Source of the DNA: an uncultured Chloroflexota bacterium
GTDB lineage: Bacteria > Chloroflexota > Dehalococcoidia > Lucifugimonadales > UBA826
DNA length: 64,000 bases
Direction of reading: 5' to 3'
Assembly: GCA_913048525.1 (NCBI GenBank)
Contig: CAJWWP010000001.1
Location: forward strand, 47,074 to 111,073
Position numbers and translations under genes: made by a program. How positions within the stretch are numbered: the first letter of the stretch is position 1; every line of letters begins with the position of its first letter. Below are positions 54,762 to 63,397 of the stretch, piece after piece. The notes under the pieces are model-generated. The model made no database searches and had not been told where the DNA came from. It worked only from the letters and a program-made list of their open reading frames with translations.

Positions 54762-54940
54762 TGTTCCCTCACTCTTTCGGATACCAAATGTTTTCGCAAT
54801 CCTAGTGGTCTCTACGATCTATTTCAACTCATTCTTCACAGAAATTCACTCTAATAGATGCCAAATAGGTCCACAAGATGATATAAATCGCTTTATAACA
54901 CTTTATGGAAGCTGCACGTTAACACGATTGGAGGTGAATT

Positions 54941-56194
54941 TTGCAAGGAACCAGGTCCATTTCACAACCAGACGGCCCTCTTAAGGGAGTTAAAGTATTA
55001 GATTGGACGATTTGGCAATTTGGACCAGTTAGCACTTCAATGATGGGGGATATGGGTGCAGATGTCATAAAAATTGAGTCTCTCGACGGAGATCCGGGAA
55101 GAGGTCTGGCGAGGGCATCAAACCTGAAAATGGATCTTGGTGAAGGTAGGGTGGCGTACTTTGAGGCCTTGAATAGGAATAAGCGAAGTTTAGCTGTGAA
55201 CCTAAAAACTGAGGAAGGGTTAGAAGTTGTCCATGAGCTAGTAAAAGATGCAGATGTCTTTGTTCAGAATTTTCGTAGTGGAGTTGCAGAGAGGCTTGGA
55301 GTTGGCTATGACACGTTGTCGAAGATAAACCCGAAGTTAATTTACGGTTCGGCCAACGGTTATGGCCCAAATGGACCTGACGCTGTCCAGCCTTCGTTCG
55401 ATGGGTGTGGACAGGCCAGATCAGGATTGATGATGTCTGCAACGGAAGACTATCAAGAATATCCTACAAGGATCACTCAGGGGGTTTCTGATCAAATCGG
55501 TGGAATAATGCTTTGCCAGGGGATTTTGGCAGCACTTGTATCAAGGGGTATACGAGGCGTGGGACAAAAAGTCGAAACATCTCATTTGAGTGCCAATATG
55601 TGGCTCCAGGGTTTAGGAATTTCAATGAGTCTACTGCAGGGCGGTGTGAATTTCGCCTCATATAGTAGGGAAAGTCCAACAAATCCGTTATCAAATACCT
55701 ACAATGGTAGTGATGGCAAATCAATAGTGATGATGCATCTCCAACCTGATAGGTATTGGGCCCCTCTTATGAAAGAGATGGGACTTGAACAGTTTATTGA
55801 AGACGAAAGGTTTGTCGATATGTCGGCCAGAGCAGAAAATGCTACCGACATAGTTAAAATTCTTGACGAGAGGTTTGCGACAAAGACGGTTGCTGAGTGG
55901 GATAAGTTATTTCGAGATTCTGAGACTGATTTTATCTACGCATTGGTTCAAAGTATTGAAGAACTCTCAGACGATATTCAGGTTCAGTCCAATAATTACA
56001 TAACGCATTTTGATCATCCCGTTTTGGGTGATGTTCAGATGTGTAACCATCCAAACATATATAGCGACACCCCGGCGGGCATCTGGAAGGAGGCCCCAGA
56101 GGTAGGGCAAGACACAGAGGAAATTCTTATAGAAAATTTGGGATACGATTGGGATGATATAGGCCGGCTTCAATCTGCCGGCGCAATCCTGTAA
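54941..56194 (+). CDS. family III (CaiB/BaiF/Frc-like) CoA-transferase
   Basis: 417 aa. MGADVIKIESLDGDPGR, catalytic-Asp context GVSDQIGG. TTG start after GGAGGTGA. Confidence 0.85.
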   Translation: MQGTRSISQPDGPLKGVKVLDWTIWQFGPVSTSMMGDMGADVIKIESLDGDPGRGLARASNLKMDLGEGRVAYFEALNRNKRSLAVNLKTEEGLEVVHELVKDADVFVQNFRSGVAERLGVGYDTLSKINPKLIYGSANGYGPNGPDAVQPSFDGCGQARSGLMMSATEDYQEYPTRITQGVSDQIGGIMLCQGILAALVSRGIRGVGQKVETSHLSANMWLQGLGISMSLLQGGVNFASYSRESPTNPLSNTYNGSDGKSIVMMHLQPDRYWAPLMKEMGLEQFIEDERFVDMSARAENATDIVKILDERFATKTVAEWDKLFRDSETDFIYALVQSIEELSDDIQVQSNNYITHFDHPVLGDVQMCNHPNIYSDTPAGIWKEAPEVGQDTEEILIENLGYDWDDIGRLQSAGAIL

Positions 56195-56238
56195 AAATAT
56201 ATTGCCTTATTAAAGGCATTCAATAGAGAGGAGACAGT

Positions 56239-57903
56239 ATGGCAGAAATAGATGGGGGACACCTTTTCGCGAAGGCTCTAAAGAAGGAAGGTGTGGAGTA
56301 TATATTCACCTTGAACGGAGGTCATATATACAACCTGTATGAAGGTTGTGCAGATGAAGGTATTAAGATAGTTGACTTTCGACATGAGCAGGTAGCAGCT
56401 CACGCAGCTGAAGGTTGGGCTAAAGTTACTGGCAAACCAGGTGTTGCCATTGTAACCGCTGGGCCTGGGGTAACGGATGCCGTAACTGGTATCGCGAATG
56501 CTTACCAAGCACCAAGCCCTATGATTATGATTGGAGGCAACGCAGGTATTGCAGACCATCTACGTGGTGGATTACAGGACTTCGATAGTGCGACTTTTCT
56601 AAAACCTGTAACCAAATTCTCTGAACAGGTGAAAAGGGTAGAACGTATACCCGAATATGTCGCGAACGCTTTTAGAGCAGCAACAAGCGGTGTACCTGGC
56701 CCAGCTTATCTGGAAATCCCTATCGATATCGTAGGTGGCGTGACTGATGAAGAAAATGTTAGATATCCTGACAGATATAGAACCGAGGCAAGAGCTTTCG
56801 GTGACCCAGAATATATACAAAAGGTCGTCGATATTTTAAAGAATGCTGAGCGCCCCATGATCCTTGCGGGATCAGATGTCTGGTGGTGTGATGCTGCTGA
56901 AGAGCTTAGGAGATTTGTTGAAACTATAGATTCTCCAGTTTTCCTTAATGCCATGGGTAGAGGAAGTCTTCCTTCAAATCATCCAAATTTAGGGAGTTTG
57001 GGAAGGAGATATGGCTTGGTCAAGTCTGACGCTGTGGTCCTCATTGGAACTCCAATAGATTTCAGATTGAGCTATGGTGAAGACAGATTGTTCCCCCAGA
57101 ACCCGAAGCTTATAGAAATCATGATGGATGGAAACAAAATTGGCCAGAATAGAGATGTTGATGCGGGTGTGGTAGGAGACGTTGGTGCGGTTTTGGGTCA
57201 GGTTCTAGATGGATTAGAGGCATCTGGATACAAATCCAAGGGAAAGTCTTGGGTCGAAGAAGTTATGACCGAGGACAAGGCATTAAAGGCTGCTGATGAG
57301 GAACTACTGAATAGTGACTCTAACCCAATACATCCCATGAGACTTTGCAAAGAACTAAGAGATGTACTGGATGAAGATGCCACTGTTATAGGTGATGGAG
57401 GTGACATCGTTACTTTCGCTGCCAGAGTACTTAACATAAATAAACCTGGACACTGGCTTGACCCCGGACAGTTTGGATGTCTTGGAGCTGGTAGTGGGTT
57501 TGCTGCTGCTGCTCAGCTAGCCAGACCCGGGAAACAGGTCTGCATAGTCTATGGAGATGGTGGATTTGGACTGACCGGATTTGATGTTGAGTCATATGTG
57601 AGATTTGATTTGCCGATTGTTTCCATAGTTGGTAATAACGGGGCCTGGAACCAGACCACTCAAGGTGTGGTTAAAAGAGGGGGAAGAGCTCTTGGGACCT
57701 ATCTTTCACAAGACACCGATTATGCCAAGATAATGGAAGGTATGGGAGGTCACTCAGAGCGGGTGTCTGAGCCAGACCAGATAAAACCGGCTCTTGAGAG
57801 AGCCTTTGAGTCTGGTAAACCGGCGTTGGTGGACGTTGTAATAGACCAAAATGTCTCCTATGGAACTATGGGAGGAAGGTCAAGAGAGCAGCGTCAGTAC
57901 TAG
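56239..57903 (+). CDS. ThDP-dependent enzyme, oxalyl-CoA decarboxylase / 2-hydroxyacyl-CoA lyase-like
   Basis: 554 aa. FRHEQVAAHAAEGWA (catalytic Glu), GGLQDFDSATFLKPVTKFS aligns by eye to the HACL1/Oxc G.(F/L)Q(E/D) region, and the ThDP motif is GDGGFGLT...GNNGAWN. GAGAGGAGA SD. Confidence 0.75.
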   Translation: MAEIDGGHLFAKALKKEGVEYIFTLNGGHIYNLYEGCADEGIKIVDFRHEQVAAHAAEGWAKVTGKPGVAIVTAGPGVTDAVTGIANAYQAPSPMIMIGGNAGIADHLRGGLQDFDSATFLKPVTKFSEQVKRVERIPEYVANAFRAATSGVPGPAYLEIPIDIVGGVTDEENVRYPDRYRTEARAFGDPEYIQKVVDILKNAERPMILAGSDVWWCDAAEELRRFVETIDSPVFLNAMGRGSLPSNHPNLGSLGRRYGLVKSDAVVLIGTPIDFRLSYGEDRLFPQNPKLIEIMMDGNKIGQNRDVDAGVVGDVGAVLGQVLDGLEASGYKSKGKSWVEEVMTEDKALKAADEELLNSDSNPIHPMRLCKELRDVLDEDATVIGDGGDIVTFAARVLNINKPGHWLDPGQFGCLGAGSGFAAAAQLARPGKQVCIVYGDGGFGLTGFDVESYVRFDLPIVSIVGNNGAWNQTTQGVVKRGGRALGTYLSQDTDYAKIMEGMGGHSERVSEPDQIKPALERAFESGKPALVDVVIDQNVSYGTMGGRSREQRQY

Positions 57904-57915
57904 TAATAAATATTA

Positions 57916-57940
57916 GGGCCCCTGTACTTAAAGGGGGCCC
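57916..57940 (+). terminator. GC-rich hairpin (GGGCCCC-N11-GGGGCCC) between the ThDP enzyme and hot-dog genes
   Basis: The perfect 7-bp stem was read directly (57916-57922 / 57934-57940). No U-tract follows, so it is an attenuator or mRNA-stability element rather than a canonical intrinsic terminator. Confidence 0.25.
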
Positions 57941-57951
57941 GTTAACAAAAG

Positions 57952-58830
57952 ATGGGGGTCCGTAATATGACAAACAGAGAACATCACTCTGAGGAAGCTT
58001 TTGTAGGAAAGGAACTGGAACCTCGAGCGTTTGAGGTATCTACAAATCATGTACAAGATTACTTTGAAGGTCTTAAATTGGACTCCGATTGGTATGAAGA
58101 TAGCGGGGAAAGTAGTGACAAGTTACTTCCATCAATGATTCTTGTAGACGCTGAGTCAATGGCTGGAGCCAGTTTCCGTAATAATTTTGGCAACCTATGG
58201 ATGCGTCAAGAGCTCGACTTTCATGCTCCTTTAACTTCGCGAACAGAGATGAGAGTTGAATCTCGAGTCCAAGATATATACGAGTGGAGAAACAGGACGA
58301 TCGTTCTTCAAGAATCCACCATCTATGGGGAAAATGACACTATTCTCGGTGTGATGCGCCATCATCAGAGTTATTTACTCGACCAGAATTCAGGCAGAGT
58401 GGCGCTGAGAAAGCCTTCTGATAAAGAAGGGGTTCGGAAATTCAATGTCCCAAAAGGTGATCTATTGGATCCAGTCACGAGAGAAATTGATTTAGAGATG
58501 TGTGGAACATTCTTTCATGGGAACAAGCACTATCACACAAATCGAGAGGCATCTCAGGAGCTAGGATTTGAGGAGGTGGTCGTTGGGGGAAAAATGACTA
58601 TTTCCTACATCGGGGATATGTTGGATCGAAGCTTTGGCCAGAAATGGTTTGAAGGTGGCAAGCTGGATGTTAAATTCACCAATATTGTTTGGCCAGGTGA
58701 CAGGGTAACAGCGAGAGGGGTACTTACAGATGAAAGATCTGTAAGCGACGATATTGCAGAGGCTCGGGTGTGGATGGAAAAAGACGACGGTACTGTGGTT
58801 ATAGTTGGCAACGCATATATACCGGACTAG
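57952..58830 (+). CDS. double hot-dog fold (MaoC-like) protein with a degenerate hydratase-2 motif
   Basis: 292 aa. The C-terminal half FHGNKHYHTNREASQELGFEEVVVGGKMT...KFTNIVWPGDRV aligns by eye to MaoC SGDxNPIHxDxExA...GF...HG...(R/K)F..PV..GD, with Asp replaced by Asn. ATG 57967 is an alternative start. Confidence 0.5.
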   Translation: MGVRNMTNREHHSEEAFVGKELEPRAFEVSTNHVQDYFEGLKLDSDWYEDSGESSDKLLPSMILVDAESMAGASFRNNFGNLWMRQELDFHAPLTSRTEMRVESRVQDIYEWRNRTIVLQESTIYGENDTILGVMRHHQSYLLDQNSGRVALRKPSDKEGVRKFNVPKGDLLDPVTREIDLEMCGTFFHGNKHYHTNREASQELGFEEVVVGGKMTISYIGDMLDRSFGQKWFEGGKLDVKFTNIVWPGDRVTARGVLTDERSVSDDIAEARVWMEKDDGTVVIVGNAYIPD

Positions 58831-58869
58831 TGGTAACAGCCTGTAGCTTTTTCTTAGTACCGAAACACA

Positions 58870-60489
58870 TTGAGTGAGTCTTTTGATGTGGTCGTTATAG
58901 GTGGCGGCCCATCTGGAAGTTGTGCCGCTTCCATGGCGGCCAAAGCTGGTTTGTCCGTTGTGCTTCTCGAACGCCTCAAATTTCCTAGAGACCACATAGG
59001 TGAATCCTTGCTTCCGGCCAGTATGCCTATACTTAGAGAGTTAGGTGTTGAGGCGGAAATAGCTGCTGCGGGATTTCCTGTCAAACATGGGGCCACTATG
59101 GTGTGGGGGAGTGGATCTGAACCTTGGACGTGGAGCTTCAGTGAAACGAACCAAGAATACACTAAAGCATATCAGGTTAACCGCCCCGAATTCGATACTA
59201 TTCTTCTCAATAAAGCGCGAGTTGTAGGCGTCGATGTTAGAGAGGAGAATCAAGTAATTGAAGTGATTTTTCTCGATGAAAGAGCCGTGGGAGTTCGTTG
59301 CAATAACCGACTAGGAACTGAGCTTTTTATAGAGTCCAGAATGGTTATAGACTGCAGTGGTCAATCATCCTTGATTTCCAGGGCTAAGAATCTTCGCCAA
59401 TGGGATGATAGCTTTCAAAATCTCGCAATATACGGGTATTTTGAAAACTCGACTCCCCTGCCTAAACCTAACGAGAACAATATTTTTATTGAATCTTTTT
59501 CAGAGGGTTGGATTTGGAATATACCTTTAAAGGAAAACATTGCTAGCGTTGGAATTGTGCTAGATTCAAAAAAAGCATCACAGGAATTACAATCCAGGGA
59601 TGTTGAAGATTACTTTCAGGTGAATCTGTCATATGCGAAAGAATCTAGTCGGATGCTTCAATCAGCAAAGCTTCTCAAGCCTCCCCAAGTCGTAAAGGAC
59701 TGGTCATACACATCCAGCCAAATCGCCGGTCTATCTTGGGTCCTAGCAGGTGATGCGGCTTGTTTTATAGACCCATTGTTTTCATCAGGCGTACATATGG
59801 CTCTTATGTCGGGAGTTCTAGCATCAGCTTACGCGGTCACGGTACTATCAGACCCAGATATGGAGATAGCTACCGCCCGTGTGTATGAAGATATGATCAG
59901 AAGGGAGTATTCCTTGTTCAGGGAGTTGGCCCAACTTTTCTATCAGACAAATAGATCTGTTGACTCTTACTTTTGGGAGGCGAGAAAAATATTGGGCCGA
60001 GGTGGGATTTCTACTGGGCGGGAGGCCTTTATCAAAGCTGTATCTGGACAATCTGTAAGGGGTTATGAAAGGGCTGTTTTGGAAAAGGGGGAATTACCAG
60101 AATCGTTCAAATATGCTCTTGAATCGCAACAGAATGATAGGGATTCTCGACGACGGGAGTTGGAAATGTACTTTAATGACTGGAATCATCTGGTCCCTTA
60201 CTTACATGAAGATACCTATGTTGTTAGAAAGCCTGTTTTATCTGCAGGTAGGTTCGAGTGGGGACTCGTGCTCCACTCACCTGAGAGACAGGATGATACC
60301 GATTGTAGTTCGTTTGTTGCATTGTTATTAGATTTGATCGACGGTGAAGCGAATATGCGTTTAATATCTGAGCGAGTCAGAGATAAAGTGAATAGTCCGG
60401 ACAAAACAGTTATCAACGAGTATTTGAAGAAAACTGTAGAAATACTCTATGTAGAAGGGGCTATAAGTAAGTTACAGCTAGTGAAATAG
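58870..60489 (+). CDS. FAD-dependent halogenase-like protein (flavin-dependent halogenase family signature)
   Basis: 539 aa, TTG start. VVIGGGPSGS (GxGxxG), LKFPRDHIGESLLP, GWIWNIPL (WxWxIP, nt 59509-59526), LAGDAACFIDPLFSSGVHMA. Confidence 0.65.
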   Translation: MSESFDVVVIGGGPSGSCAASMAAKAGLSVVLLERLKFPRDHIGESLLPASMPILRELGVEAEIAAAGFPVKHGATMVWGSGSEPWTWSFSETNQEYTKAYQVNRPEFDTILLNKARVVGVDVREENQVIEVIFLDERAVGVRCNNRLGTELFIESRMVIDCSGQSSLISRAKNLRQWDDSFQNLAIYGYFENSTPLPKPNENNIFIESFSEGWIWNIPLKENIASVGIVLDSKKASQELQSRDVEDYFQVNLSYAKESSRMLQSAKLLKPPQVVKDWSYTSSQIAGLSWVLAGDAACFIDPLFSSGVHMALMSGVLASAYAVTVLSDPDMEIATARVYEDMIRREYSLFRELAQLFYQTNRSVDSYFWEARKILGRGGISTGREAFIKAVSGQSVRGYERAVLEKGELPESFKYALESQQNDRDSRRRELEMYFNDWNHLVPYLHEDTYVVRKPVLSAGRFEWGLVLHSPERQDDTDCSSFVALLLDLIDGEANMRLISERVRDKVNSPDKTVINEYLKKTVEILYVEGAISKLQLVK

Positions 60490-60505
60490 ATTGATTAGTT
60501 GGACG

Positions 60506-61726
60506 CTAGCTTTTTGTGGATTGCGATCTAACCATCTGGGGCCATAGCAGACAAACACCTATTGTCAAAAGTGAGCCCATGATCCCATTGAATACCAGAG
60601 CAACTTGGACTCCGGCTAATTCCGTTATTGCCCCGGAGAGTAATAGTCCCAAGGGCAATCCACCCACAGCCAGTTGCCTAAGTCCCATTATTCGCCCCCT
60701 AAGGTTTGAAGGGGTTAGGTTAAGAATCATAGTTGAAATCATGATTACACACATAGATGTTCCAATTCCTGCAGAAAAAAATATTGGCAGACTTACAAAA
60801 GTACTAGGAGCAAGACTTACTAGAGCTGTCGACACGTGCCATATAAAAGAGCTACAAACTATTAGCACCCCTCCTCTAATTCGAATTAAACCAGAACTGA
60901 GGCTAATGGAACCAATTGCGGCTCCTAACGAATAGGTTCCTAGAATTATCCCCAAGCTCTCCGAACTGGTCTGAAACACTTGCTTCACTACAACTGCAGC
61001 AAGTGAAAAGTAGAGCGGGTACGCGGTCAAATTAATTATTACTGCCATTATTAATAGACCAGCTAGTGCGGGGACAGTTCGTACATGTTTCAATGCTTCA
61101 ACCAAAGATGAAATCACAGGCCGCTTGTTATCGATATGAGTAGTGGTTACATGCAGGGGATTTTGTCCTATCCTGAATGAAAGCATGAATGATAGTAGAT
61201 AAAATATAATCACAACCGAATAACTCATTGTCATATCGGTCCAACTTAGTAAGTAACCACCGGCAATGGGACTGACTATTTGTGTTACATCACCTCCCGC
61301 TCTCTCCAATGCAAGACCATTCCGAATGCTTTTTTCGGGAACTATTTCGGGCATGATTGACTGGCGAACTACCATTTCGGCTGTTTTTGAAATGCCGAGA
61401 AATCCAGCCAATATTAGAATTTCCCACTTATCAAGATTGTCAAAAAATATTAATGTCAGACCGATACTTGAGTTGAGGAGGAATGAAGCCCTGACCAGGA
61501 TTATTAGAACTCTTTTTTCGAGGCGATCTACAACTACGCCTATCAGAGGGGCGAACAAAGTCGCTGTGAATCGAAGTGCGCCATATATTCCCAATATCAA
61601 GGGCGAGTTAGTTTTCTCAAGTATGAACCAGGATAGGATTACCATCTCCATATATTCAGCCCAGTGAAGAGTGGCAACCGATGTCCAAAGGTACCTATAG
61701 TCTTTGTACTTTAGGCTCTCTAACAT
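60506..61726 (-). CDS. MFS transporter
   Basis: 406 aa, about 12 TM segments. Motif A GVVVDRLEKRV. Confidence 0.8.
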   Translation of the reverse strand: MLESLKYKDYRYLWTSVATLHWAEYMEMVILSWFILEKTNSPLILGIYGALRFTATLFAPLIGVVVDRLEKRVLIILVRASFLLNSSIGLTLIFFDNLDKWEILILAGFLGISKTAEMVVRQSIMPEIVPEKSIRNGLALERAGGDVTQIVSPIAGGYLLSWTDMTMSYSVVIIFYLLSFMLSFRIGQNPLHVTTTHIDNKRPVISSLVEALKHVRTVPALAGLLIMAVIINLTAYPLYFSLAAVVVKQVFQTSSESLGIILGTYSLGAAIGSISLSSGLIRIRGGVLIVCSSFIWHVSTALVSLAPSTFVSLPIFFSAGIGTSMCVIMISTMILNLTPSNLRGRIMGLRQLAVGGLPLGLLLSGAITELAGVQVALVFNGIMGSLLTIGVCLLWPQMVRSQSTKS

Positions 61727-61829
61727 TGACCGCGCTGGGTAACCATAAGTTTGAGTGCCTTTCGTTCAATATTTTGGGACGTTGGAGAAGTTTTTAGAGA
61801 TTCTAATTATTATATTCGATCAATATTGT

Positions 61830-61873
61830 CCCACCTCACTTGCGTATTAAAGTGATAGAGTGGGTACTTTTTT
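61830..61873 (+). terminator. plus-strand intrinsic-terminator-like hairpin plus T6 tract between two minus-strand genes
   Basis: CCCAC-c-TCACTT [gcgtatta] AAGTGA-taga-GTGGG, followed by TACTTTTTTG (T-run 61868-61873). The orientation fits plus-strand termination only. Confidence 0.3.
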
Positions 61874-61927
61874 GTCTGCAAATTTGTTCTGGTGTGACCG
61901 TCAGTTCCGGTTCAAAATTCATTCACA

Positions 61928-63328
61928 TCATAATACTGAAGCGGGAGCTATCCATCCGCCAGTGATTTCCTCTACAGTTTCTAAGACAGACAGGACAATA
62001 TCTTCTCTCCAGGGTTTCCCTACTACCTGAACAGCTATTGGTAAATTGCTTGAAGATGTTCCTCCTCTTACTACTCCGGCCGGCCATCCAGTGACATTAA
62101 AGGCTGAAGTATACGAATAAAGAAACTTGTTTTCAGGTAGAAAGCTTTCACCAGGCCCCACTGCGGGTTTAGCAGATGCGGGACATAGAATCACATCGAA
62201 GTCTTTCATGAATTGGATCATTCCACTCCTGTAGTGATCTACCATCTCAAGAACTTCTGTGAACTCCGACGTTGGTATTTCTGAGGCTTCTTCTAGTCTA
62301 TTTTCGATGAATGGTGAGAATTGGCTGGTCCCTGCTTTCTTAAGGATTCTTCTGACCCATTCTCTTCCATCCCCTGTTCCATTCCTTCCATCGATTTGCT
62401 TCAACATGTTAAGTGGGTCAGGTAGGATCTCTACAGTTGCTGCTCCTCTGTCTTGTAATCCTGATGCTACATCTCTCACAATATCTGAAACCTCTTGAGT
62501 GGGTGACATCAAACCATTGTCTGTATGAAAAGCAATTCTCATTCCTTTTATATCTATTTCTCCCGGATCTCCGATGGGCATAGGTACTATGTACGGATCC
62601 TTAAAATCAGGGCCTGATATAACTTTTAGGATTGGATTAAGGTCTCGAACATACCGTGCCATAGGGCCATTCTGAGTTAGGGATTCCGTTGCTCCCAGAG
62701 CGTAAGAAATACAATGTCCTGTACGTGGGACTCTTCCTGAGGTCGGCTTGATTCCTGCAATTCCACAACTGTGTGATGGTATGCGTATGCTGCCTCCCGT
62801 ATCGCTGCCTATATCAAATGGGGACCCTCCAGTAGCGATGATTGCCGCGGCTCCTCCACTGCTTCCACCTGGAGACAGATTTATGTCGTAAGGATTTTTA
62901 GTTCTACCGTAGACCAAATTATCGGTATCAGCAGCAAGAGTCAGCTCTGGAGTATTGGTTTTCCCGAGTAAAATTGACCCGGCTTCACGAAGTCTTGATA
63001 CCAAAGTTGCGTCTGCCTCGGGGACTTCATTTTGTCTCCCCAGAGTTGCCCAGGTTGTAATAACTTCCTCTGTATCCAAGGAGTCTTTTAAGGTCATGGG
63101 AACTCCATGGAGAGGACCTCGGGTTATTCCTTGAGCGAGTTCATTATCTAATGAATCAGCTTCAGAGAGTGCTCTTTCAAAACAATCTTGCACTACTGCG
63201 TTTATAGAAGGGTTGATTTTGTTGATTCTTTCAATACACTTTTCTACGGCCTCTCTACTGGTTATCTCTTTTGAGGCGATCGCTTTTCCTATATCTACTG
63301 CGGATGATTGATTAACGTCTATACTCAT
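61928..63328 (-). CDS. amidase-signature (AS) family amidase
   Basis: 466 aa. GGSSGGAAAIIATGGSPFDIGSDTGGSIRIPS is the AS signature, with the upstream catalytic Lys context MTLKDS. AAGGAGAAAG SD. Confidence 0.9.
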   Translation of the reverse strand: MSIDVNQSSAVDIGKAIASKEITSREAVEKCIERINKINPSINAVVQDCFERALSEADSLDNELAQGITRGPLHGVPMTLKDSLDTEEVITTWATLGRQNEVPEADATLVSRLREAGSILLGKTNTPELTLAADTDNLVYGRTKNPYDINLSPGGSSGGAAAIIATGGSPFDIGSDTGGSIRIPSHSCGIAGIKPTSGRVPRTGHCISYALGATESLTQNGPMARYVRDLNPILKVISGPDFKDPYIVPMPIGDPGEIDIKGMRIAFHTDNGLMSPTQEVSDIVRDVASGLQDRGAATVEILPDPLNMLKQIDGRNGTGDGREWVRRILKKAGTSQFSPFIENRLEEASEIPTSEFTEVLEMVDHYRSGMIQFMKDFDVILCPASAKPAVGPGESFLPENKFLYSYTSAFNVTGWPAGVVRGGTSSSNLPIAVQVVGKPWREDIVLSVLETVEEITGGWIAPASVL

Positions 63329-63397
63329 TTCTTTCTCCTTGTGGTGGCAGCCTAATTTTGAATCTGCTGTGTTGGTTACATTTCTAGATCAAGCTGG

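Noticed and set aside
54941-57903. Calling the CoA-transferase/ThDP pair frc-oxc (oxalate degradation) and assigning those gene symbols.
   Set aside because: The family-level motifs fit, but Frc/Oxc cannot be distinguished by eye from HACL-type lyases or other CaiB/ThDP paralogs. No oxalate:formate antiporter is adjacent. The calls were kept at family level.
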